A DNA stretch of 32,707 bases from Tubulanus polymorphus (lineage: Eukaryota > Animalia > Nemertea), in NCBI RefSeq assembly GCF_964204645.1, contig NC_134031.1, forward strand, positions 21,327,110 through 21,359,816. Reading direction: 5' to 3'. The notes beneath the pieces were generated by a model that was not told the DNA's origin, searched no databases, and saw nothing but the letters and a program-made list of their open reading frames with translations. Positions within the stretch are counted from its first letter, which is position 1. Each line of letters starts with the position of its first letter. A program made the position numbers and the translations under genes. Positions 23,812 through 32,707 of the stretch are shown piece by piece.

Positions 23812-25258
23812 TTTTTTCACTTTATAAATGAATATAACAGTAGGACTGAGTTAATGTTTTGGATTTGATTTTAAACGTGAGAAAGAAATGAAATTTAACA
23901 ATATAGCTGCCAAGCAGCGATGACGGGTTTTTTGCAAAGCCATTCAGAAAGATGGGAACTGTATAATTGAAATATCGATACATAGAATGAAATGCATTGA
24001 CAGATTCGAACCTAATATGCTACCACTGTGTAAACGTCAAATATGATCAGCTTTGAAACCGAACATACGCGGACGTACAATCAACAAATATTAATTTATT
24101 TGACCAGGCATTTATTTTGGCATTCAAACATCATGCTTAAAAATGGATCTGTCCTATTAAGAACTCATTTGAAGCACCTGTCGAGTCGATAGATTGAGTG
24201 AATTTAGAGATAAGAACGTATTATGATTTAGAATAGATTGAAGAAGTTAATGTTTTTATTGAAATATTTGAATAAATACATATATTGTAGTGTAGATTCA
24301 ATCAATAAAGTATGAATTGATCTGGTCTGGGTTTCCGGCTGATGTTGATTTTGGCTTTTATGGATTACAAATTCTATAGTGATAAACAATTGATACCTGC
24401 AACATGTGTGTAAATCAAACCTATTCCACTAGTTGCGTGTGTTTCCTAATAAACGGGAAAGTCACTCTTGATCTGAGTTATTAGAAAAATAATGTTCATT
24501 TAGTTATAGAAATTCATTGCCTTTTTGGAAATTCTGTAATAATATTTCTTCTGTCTTAATTTTTATTACTTTATGAACCAATGATATGCTTTGTAAATAT
24601 GATGTAATAAAATAAATTTTTCAATTACAATAAAGTTTCAATTACAATCAAATCCAAATTGGCTAAAAAGTACATAGGACTAAATGAAATGAACCGCTAG
24701 TTACTGCAAACCTATTCCAGTGTTATGTCGATCGTGTTGAATCACTTTCCTTGAGTTGAAAGAATCAGATCTTCTATGGTGCAACATCGGTCGAAGAGAG
24801 ATATCTTGGTCTTGACTGTCCTTGACCATCTAACTGCATGCATTCGACACTGGAATCAGCATCATACCCATTTGAACTGCAAAATATTCATACAACATGA
24901 AAACGTACAGTACATGTATACAGTAATCAAACTTTCACCGATGTTGGATATTTGAATGAACGTTGGGCTTATTTCAGTATTCTAAAGCAGGAAATAATAA
25001 GCCCAATCAATAGGCCCTATTCCCATTGGAACAATTGTATAATGCGTACGCTGTACCGTACACTTATCAGTCAAGAATGGAGAAATCGGTATACCAAACC
25101 TACGAACAGCAAAATGTACAGGCCTACAATGATTTCTGGTATACAAGCCGTGACCACATTGACTATTAATGTCAGCAGGTCAGAGAAGGCCTGGCCAAAT
25201 TTAATCACATGGCTCAAATCAATTAGCCTTTCTGCGTGTGAATACTTGACTGTATTGT

Positions 25259-25415
25259 GGGATCATTCATTTATTACGTACGAATTAGGGGAGGGGTCAG
25301 GGCAATTACGTACTGTAATGCTTAATGTACATGAAAAAAACGCAGATTTTGCGTACAGAGGGAGAGGGGGTTGAAATAATCAAATTTTATGCGTACGTAA
25401 TAAATGAATGATCCC
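25259..25415. mobile_element. 157-bp MITE (PIF/Harbinger-like)
   Basis: Perfect 24-bp TIRs gggatcattcatttattacgtacg; 3-bp TSD TGT. The superfamily is inferred from TSD length and the GGG start. Confidence 0.8.
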
Positions 25416-25670
25416 TGTTTTAAAAAAGGCCTATCGAGTGAATGAGTACATAGACTGAATTAGACTTTAGGCTAGTCCTGGCCAAATCCTATCCATGTTA
25501 TAATTGCACCAGTTATAGTAACATCACTGTAGGGCCGACGAGAGGGAAAAAGTTGTGTTTGTAGTACATAGGCATGGTAGGCTTGTCGTACTCACTTAAT
25601 ACCCGGTACTTAAAACGCTGTTGTTACCTGTACGTGACTGTACGGTGGTTTCTATAGGTTAGCCGTATGT

Positions 25671-25988
25671 GAGTATGTTGACGCTCAGACTTGCAATATT
25701 GGGATTCGAAACCAAACGAAAAAAAAGAATCTAGTTGTAGTCCAGTGATTTACCCACTGTGCCACAGAACGGTACTTAACGAGTATGTTGACGCTCAGAC
25801 TTGCAATATTGGGATTCGAAACCAAACGAAAAAAGAATCTAGTTGTAGTCCAGTGATTTACCCACTGTGCCACAGAACGGTACTTAACGAGCATGTTGAC
25901 GCTCAGACTTGCAATATTGGGATTCGAAACCAAACGAAAAAAAGAATCTAGTTGTAGTCCAGTTATTTACCCACTGTGCCACAGAACG
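25671..25988 (-). repeat. Three tandem ~110-bp tRNA-derived A-box/B-box units
   Basis: Units start at 25671, 25781 and 25889; B1 has only one copy. Confidence 0.9.
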
Positions 25989-27614
25989 TAACTGCAGAGG
26001 GGATGAAATTTGATTTACAAATAGCCTAGCCTCACCTAACCCAAACTCTATTCTTTCACGCATGCACGTTTGCAGATTATAGGAACTCACTTACGGCCTT
26101 TTTAGGGATCTCACGTACGGTTAACCTGTGGATATCACCGTACAGTCGCTGGCACGTACGGGTAACAACTTCGTACTTAAAAAATGGTATTGGCTACTAG
26201 GAACTCACGTACGGCGTTAGTAGGGAACTCACGTACAGTTAACCTGTGGAGATCACCATACAGTCACATACGAGTAACAACTACGTACTTACTGGTATTG
26301 GCTACTATATAACAGGCCTATAGACAAATAAATACCGGTACTGCGGTAGGCTTTCTTAGCTTCCACACTTCACAACCGAACCAACTGACCAACCAGTATA
26401 TTTATTCCCAGTACGCACCAACCGGCACAGGCCTAACACTGTTTGTCAACTGTGTGTACCGTAGTAGGCTATCGATAATCACCTGATACTTTTCTGTCGT
26501 TTGTTTTCTGAGCTCAGACCACTATTCCAAAGTCTTCTATATCCTATAGTAAAAACATCAAATTCAAGGGTCAATTTCACATATAACCGCGAAAATTCAG
26601 GGGAAATCCAGCTTATGGCTCATAAACGAGAATCTTAGCTACGGATTAACGTGGTTTTCGCCCCACATACCCAACCTAACTTTTGAAATAATCAAACTTT
26701 TACAGATTAGGGGTCCCCCAACACCAGGTACACCCGTACATTGGAGCCGAATTTCGCAGGGAGTTCCCCAATGTGTTTAGTACTATCACTCCATTGAAAA
26801 TAGTTCCAAGAAATCCCTGATTTTATTATCAATTTGTCTCACAGTACCTACAGATTTTATACCTATAACATTTTACCGTCACGTCTTCTATTTGTGTAAC
26901 CATGGCAACTTAAATGGGAACCCTGCAGTTGATTTTAGGCACTATTTTTGGGGTCCTGCACTACGCGTCTTGAGGCATACTGACCTAATTGTGGTCTCAT
27001 GCCTTCTCTCTGAGACGAACGTAATTCTAGCAGCCCTCCGCGACTCAACGACCTTGATTTAAAATTGATCAATTCAAAATCTATTTATTGACGCTTTTGG
27101 TTACATGAACTGATCAGCAATATACTTAAATGAAATAACCGGAATAACAAGAAATCAAAAATATTAAAGTGGTAACAAACAAATGCCCGTAAACCGGTCA
27201 GACACGCGAACGCCGGACTCGTAAATTCTTGGACTCGGACCCGCTGAGCAATAAATTCATAAAATTGACTTTGAAATTGATTGTGGAGAAGAGAGGGAAT
27301 TATTCGATAGCTCTTCCTCGAAAAGAAGAGAGAAATATCGGTAAGAAAACACAACATGGCTACTAATTGAACGGAGCCAAATTTCCGATGTTTACGGCTC
27401 GACAGTGCCTTTATAACGTGGATTTATCAAAATTCCCATGCAGTATCTGGAGATTGAAGTGAGCTGAAGGACATCATGCGGATTGTATCGGCGACAGCGG
27501 TAAGGTAAGGAAGCCTTTACACTTTTAACAAAAACTATGTGGAAAAGGGAAAAAAAATAATAATAATCACGCGAATTTCAATAGGGTTTTCTGTGAAGAA
27601 ACAGAAAACCCTAA

Positions 27615-29470
27615 TTATAGCTGCAAAGCAGCGATAACGGGTTTTCTGCACAGTCTTTGAATCCTGTTCAATGGTTAACACAGTTTTATAAGAGGAAGCT
27701 CGACAAACAGTCAATTAGACCTTATTTAAACCATGGAAAACTGGACTTGATGTCCTATTTGACTCTGGAAAATCGACTGTTAGGCGATAATTACCCTTTA
27801 TTATTTCGACAAAGCATTTGATAAGGTACAACATCAGCCATTACTAAACAAGGCTATTCGGAAACAGTATCAATGATAGGTTGCCGAAATGGCGTAGCAT
27901 TATCTCTGAAAGAAAATTTGTAGCCGAAATCAACGGAACGCCTCATCTTGGAATAAAACGGTCTAACTAGTGGAGTCACGCAAGGTAGTATCCTAAGTCG
28001 TCTTCTGTTTAATGTCCTGACAAATGACATACACAGTAATCCAAAATATACCAGACCGAGTAAATTTCTAAAACGACCTTAACACGCTGTTCGACCAAAA
28101 AACTTAATGATCCGACAAGAAAATCTTGTACGCTTTTTGTTTGAACCAAAACTTTTCTTCATTCTGAAAGCTATGTTATCGTTGCGACACAATCGTCGCT
28201 GGCAGTCGCAGTGAATGCTGTCGCAGTCAGTCACAAGCCGTCGCAAGGCCGACCTATGCCCGGCATAAGTTAATAGAAATTAATGAAAAACCAGTTTCAT
28301 TTATGATGAAAAAACTCAAATGAAAAGTCTGGCTTATAAAGCTGTCTGCTCAGGCGAAATTTATTAAAAAAACTCTTCATTTTTGCAAATAAAATTGATA
28401 ATTGTGATTGATCGTTGCAAGTCAGAACCAGTTAATCGCTAATTAACATGCATTTTAATAAATCTGATTCCTCCTTTACAGTGAACTTAGCTTTAACCTA
28501 TTTGAGGCTACTAGCCTATGTAGGCCTATGTATATGCGTAGGCCTAACATCCGGAGAGATTGGTCGTAGGCCTATTGAATAACAACCCTCCTAAATATCG
28601 TAAATTTTGTTTTGAAGTTCAATCCAATGAGTCCGTTAGTAAACGCAACAATTAGGCTATACTGTGTTTGTTTGAGACAGTCAAGCTCAGTACCGGTAGG
28701 CCTAAAGCCTTAAGGTCGCGTAAAACTCGATAAACACTTCAAGCGACACAGCGAACGATCTCCTTTCCCCACGGCGAACGCTTACCCCGAATGCGAGTCC
28801 AGCATACGGATAGGAGTGTGTTATATACTTGTATTTAGTAAATACCTTGTGCATTTGACAAAGATCGGTATGTACTGTAGGAAATATAGAGTATTGATAA
28901 ATGGTTGAAGCCCGCGGCTGAATGAAGTAATATATTGTTTCTTATGATACCTCGATAAATTTGTACTCGATTTGATTCTCATGAGGAGGAGAAACTCGCA
29001 GCTGATCCCCGGAACGACGATGTAGCGACACACGTCGATCAGTCGATGTTTACGGCTCGACAGTGCTTTTAGAATCTAAATTAGTAAATTTCCTGTGTAT
29101 CGATAATATGATTCGATGAGGTAAATGGGCTATTGTTTAAATTAGTTTTTAAAAACCGCGGCTGAATGTGCAATCTTTGGGTAATAAATTTGTTAATTTA
29201 TGCTTGAATTGATAATCGACGTGACGAGAAACGTGAGGTAGATTTCGGAAAGACGACTTAGAAAAACATGTCGGTTCTTTGAATGGGGCTCAATTTTCGA
29301 TGATTACGGCCCGACAGTGCTTTTGTAACGTTGATTCTTCAAAATGCGCACGGAGTATTTGTAGATCGAAGTGAGCTGAAAGATATCAGACAGATTGTAT
29401 CGGCAACAGCAGTAATGTAAAAAAGCCTATGTACTTTTGACAAAAAAAGTGTGGAAAAAAATAATAATAA
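27615..29470 (-). mobile_element. HINE subfamily C, copy C1 (head-to-tail with B2; interrupted in its AAT tract by C2)
   Basis: Starts ttatagctgcaaagcagcgataacgggttttctgcac; 29280-29470 is homologous to the B-subfamily pre-microsatellite block. Confidence 0.7.
27680..28031 (+). pseudogene. Decayed non-LTR (CR1/L2/Jockey-like) reverse transcriptase fragment
   Basis: FDKAFDKVQHQPLLNK at 27805 and SGVTQGSILSRLLFNVLTNDI at about 27969-28031, with frameshifts between them. Confidence 0.75.
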
Positions 29471-29549
29471 ATATAGCTGCAAAGCAGCGATAACGGGTTT
29501 TCTGCACAGTCTTAGAATCCTGTTCAACGGTGGATTTCAACAAAGAATT
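29471..29549 (-). mobile_element. HINE subfamily C, copy C2, first 79 bp; interrupted by Polinton III
   Basis: atatagctgcaaagcagcgataacgggttttctgcacagtcttagaatcctgttcaa matches the start of C1. Confidence 0.75.
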
Positions 29550-29938
29550 AGTAATAGGGGTAATGGGCTTTCAGGCCAAAGGTCGAACGGTCGAGCTCAT
29601 TAAAAAACAAAACATTAAAAGTAATTTAAAACTATAATATATTTTCATAACCGTGTGCATTTTATATTATAACTAAATATTTATTCTAAGATATCAATAA
29701 TTTAAATTTCAAAAGCATATTGTATTAAATCAATTGGTCGCTCCGCGACCAATTGATTTATTTACAATACACAAATTCATATAATCAAATATATTTCAAT
29801 AATAATGATTATTCTATTATTAAACTGAAATACACACGGTTATGAAAATATATTATAGTTTTAAATTACTTTTAATATTTGTTTTTAATGAACTCGACCA
29901 TTCAACCTTTAACCTGAAAGCCCATTACCCCTATTACT
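29550..29938. repeat. Terminal ~390-bp imperfect palindrome of Polinton III
   Basis: Outer ~110 bp arms pair, including a perfect block of about 42 bp; central stem taaatcaattggtcgc-tcc-gcgaccaattgattta (29726-29760). Confidence 0.92.
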
Positions 29939-30839
29939 CTTAAAATAATCATATAAATGAATAACATTTAAATTGACAGATTATTCAATATAAAAGTATA
30001 TATTTACAACATTATTTCAATATTCATATTTGTATGAGTTAGATTTTTAAACATAAAAAGTGTTAGTAAAGTGTGATTGAAATAATACATATATACATGA
30101 TATAATACATAGCTTTTTATACTAGAACATGATTTTATTTGAACCTATATACATTTCATGTGATGAACTATTGAATAAATCTATAAATTCACAGCTGTTA
30201 CAGCTGTTACTATGACGCCGAGACATATGAGTCATAATATTGCAAACGTGTAGAGAACATTCTAGAAAGGTGTGCCGGAACTAGATGACGTGGCAGGAAC
30301 TGAATATCCACTGTAACATAACGCTCAGGATATTCTATTTCTCGAAACGAAATTAGGAGTTTATAGTTTACAATTCTAAATCTAAATGTAAGTACTGTTT
30401 TTTGTAGTTATTAGGGCTATTAAATATGAAACCTTTCGATAAATTTAAGTGTATTTAGTATATCTTTTAGATGGCTAGAGTTGCCGCTAATATCTTTTAG
30501 ATTAATAAAACACCATACGCATCAAGAAGTGATAGAGAAACTCAAGATACTCTTTCTGACTGAGGAATCAACAGCAATGGATATCGAACCAATAGAAATT
30601 AGCACAAGAAACACAAGAATCGCCAAAAGATCGAAGAAGAAACTATATAAGAATTTCAAAAACATTAAGACTCCAATGATTAAGTTTAACATTTGTTGAT
30701 GTAGTTAAATATTTACCAACAATTTAAAAAATGTTTGTAATTATAAATTGTATTTATAGAAATCAAATGATGTATTGGAAGAAACGACTGAACAAATTGT
30801 ATAATGTATTGTGTAAATCTGATTGATGAATTTTTATGT

Positions 30840-31262
30840 TCGGTCGTTTCTATTCAGAATGAATATATAATTATGGTATGCGCATTAAGCAAAAGCGCGC
30901 ACGAATGCGCGCTTTTGCTCAGGTATGATTTAGATATTTCATGTCGGTTGTTTCTATTATGATTAACACATGTGCATTAAGCAAAACCGGCCATAAATGG
31001 CCGCATGTGACTGACACATGTAACGCATGTGACGCGGACATGAATGCGTTTGAATTTTCTGTGTTCAGTTGTTTTTATTTACAGAATGAATATATAATTA
31101 TGATTAACACATGTGCATTAAGCAAAACCGGCCATAAATGGCCGCATGTGACGCATGTAACGCATGTGTTGTTTCTATTTTACAGAATTTATAGAATGAA
31201 TATATAATTATGATTAACGCATGCGCATTAAGCAAAAGCGCGCATTCATTCGCGCTTTTGCC
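30840..31262. repeat. Four-unit direct-repeat array, each unit ending in a GC-rich hairpin
   Basis: Shared leader (agaatgaatatata)attatg..gcattaagcaaaa; hairpins at 30888-30919, 30988-31003, 31129-31144 and 31232-31261. Confidence 0.85.
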
Positions 31263-31399
31263 CAGTGGTATTATTTAAATATCAAGGAATCGAAACAACT
31301 TATCAAAAGCAGCGAGGAATGAAAAAGGATGACGTTGGTCGAAGAAATGGAAGAGGATTCTAAAATATTAACCAAATTAGTAAAAAATACATATAATAA

Positions 31400-32071
31400 A
31401 TGGAACCAGAACAACCACAAATTATCAATATTACAAATAACACTGCTGGTGATATAAATATATATTACAAGAAGTGTTCTAAATGTGAATTAGATAAATT
31501 AGCTTTAACAGAATTTAGTAAGCGTAAGATTAGCAAAGATGGTTTTCAATATTGTTGTAAAACTTGTTTAAAACTATATACCAAACAATACCGAGAAGAT
31601 AATATAGAACATTATAATTATTATATGGCAGAATATATGAGAGAAAGATATCAAACAGATCTTAATTTTAGATTGAAACAATGCTTAAGATCTAGATTAA
31701 CACAATTATTCAACAAAGAAACACATTCAGAAACACTACCTAATTTAATGGGTTGTTCAGTTAAATTTCTTAAATCATGGATTGTATATCAATTCGACGA
31801 TAAAATGAATATAGATAATTATGGCGAATACTTTCATATTGATCATACGTTACCGATTTCTAAATTTAACATGAATGATGAATACAATAAAAAACTTATT
31901 TGGAATTGGAAGAATTTAAGACCTTTAGAAAAGAAGGAAAACATAATTAAATCTAATAAACTAGATTTACAGTTATATTTAGAACAGTTAACAAAGGCAA
32001 AGAAATTTATTGATCAATGGAACAATGATCCAAATAATGAACAATACGTTGAGTCTTTAATGAGTGGTTAA
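31400..32071 (+). CDS. Zn-finger plus HNH (His-Me finger) endonuclease-like protein of the type seen in large DNA viruses
   Basis: N-terminal KKCSKC...FSK...DG...CKTC; helical FRLKQCLRSRL; FHIDHTLPISKF...WKNLRPLEKKENIIKSN; intact 223 aa. Confidence 0.82.
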   Translation: MEPEQPQIINITNNTAGDINIYYKKCSKCELDKLALTEFSKRKISKDGFQYCCKTCLKLYTKQYREDNIEHYNYYMAEYMRERYQTDLNFRLKQCLRSRLTQLFNKETHSETLPNLMGCSVKFLKSWIVYQFDDKMNIDNYGEYFHIDHTLPISKFNMNDEYNKKLIWNWKNLRPLEKKENIIKSNKLDLQLYLEQLTKAKKFIDQWNNDPNNEQYVESLMSG

Positions 32072-32277
32072 AGATTAATATATCTCAAATAAAAAATATT
32101 AACAATTACATAACTTCAACTAACCAGTGAATTCTATTATATTTTTAATATTTTCTTTTCAAAAAGAGAATACTTTATATTTTAAATAGATCCGAATAGA
32201 AATTCTTTAGCTTTAACTAGCTAGTATCATTTGAAGAATACTAATAATATTTTTTTGGCTTTTTTTCTCTAATATAA

Positions 32278-32707
32278 ATGTCAAAGAAATCTTATAAGAA
32301 TAGTATTGATATTGAAAAAACATTAGATGATTTGGGTATAAGTGATAATAAAGATACAGTTGTAACTAATTGTGCTCAAGTTAATTGTAATATAGATTAT
32401 GAATACTATTTATATTGTAAGCATCATCTAGAACTATTGATTGCCGGTGGAAAAACTAAAGAGTTTTTAAATAGAATTATTACTTTTCAAGAATTAGATG
32501 CTATGAAACCCGATAAAGTAATAAAATATTTTAAGATTTATGAAGAGGCAAGATTAGCTAGAATAAATGATTCTATTTCAGATGGTATTGTCAAATGTTA
32601 CTCTAAGTTATATAACCAGTTAATGCCAATTAATGATGAAAATAAATTATATAGTGATTTGAAAAATGACTATTTAGTTATGACTGAATTACAAAAATGG
32701 GTTGGTT
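32278..32707 (+). CDS. Polinton hypothetical protein, 3'-partial
   Basis: MSKKSYKNSIDIEKTLDDLG... open to the window edge; homolog of 2320-2679. Confidence 0.8.
   Translation, partial: MSKKSYKNSIDIEKTLDDLGISDNKDTVVTNCAQVNCNIDYEYYLYCKHHLELLIAGGKTKEFLNRIITFQELDAMKPDKVIKYFKIYEEARLARINDSISDGIVKCYSKLYNQLMPINDENKLYSDLKNDYLVMTELQKWVG

Larger units (their letters stand above)
11678..23900 (+). mobile_element. Polinton/Maverick element II, internal segment (PolB, small ORF, minor capsid), bounded by HINE insertions and interrupted by a BEL element
   Basis: AT-rich co-oriented gene run with pPolB and penton-like motifs; no termini in view. Confidence 0.88.
23901..27614 (-). mobile_element. HINE subfamily B, copy B2 (complete, 3.7 kb)
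   Basis: Left end atatagctgccaagcagcgatgacgggttttt; right end (AAT)3 cacgcgaatttcaatagggttttctgt..acagaaaaccctaa; interrupts a Polinton ORF starting at 23828. Confidence 0.75.
29550..32707 (+). mobile_element. Polinton/Maverick element III, one end; inverted relative of element I; runs off the right edge
   Basis: Terminus AGTAATAGGGG; subterminal DNA, HNH gene and hypothetical gene homologous to the reverse complement of 2340-4141. Confidence 0.88.

Noticed and set aside
24952-25374. 140-aa ORF in HINE B2
   Set aside because: TTG start, runs into a MITE, and has no recognisable domain.
25671-25988. CRISPR-like array
   Set aside because: The units are near-identical along their whole length with no unique spacers; the context is eukaryotic and there are no cas genes.
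2320-32707. The inverted homology between the window's two ends read as the TIRs of one giant Polinton enclosing the PolB
   Set aside because: The termini face inward, with genes running outward from 4141 and 29550. The flanks differ (CATAGG vs AGAATT), the copies have diverged, and each is inserted in a different HINE. Two separate elements fit better.

Overview
AT-rich eukaryotic (animal-like) DNA made almost entirely of nested mobile elements; no host gene is recognisable. (1) Three Polinton/Maverick (adintovirus-like) segments. Element I (1-4141, minus strand) carries a packaging ATPase, an rve integrase with chromodomain, a hypothetical gene and an HNH pseudogene. Element II (11678-23900, plus strand) carries a decayed protein-primed PolB, a small ORF and a minor capsid/penton pseudogene. 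Element III (29550-end, plus strand) is an inverted relative of element I with an intact Zn-finger/HNH ORF. (2) A full-length BEL/Pao LTR retrotransposon (15579-22572; 617-bp LTRs; GTTGC TSD) sits in the last codons of the PolB. (3) Seven copies or part-copies of non-autonomous Helentron/DINE-1-like (HINE) elements from three subfamilies lie in tandem and nested in each other's (AAT)n tracts. They carry tRNA-derived units, a MITE, a LINE RT fragment and many CTCF-like motifs. The most unusual features are the ends of Polintons I and III: each is a long self-complementary palindrome (about 190 and 390 bp) with a shared outer 25 bp and unrelated but still palindromic interiors. Element III also has a four-unit hairpin array just upstream of its HNH gene. 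All alignments and identities were read by eye; no database searches were run.
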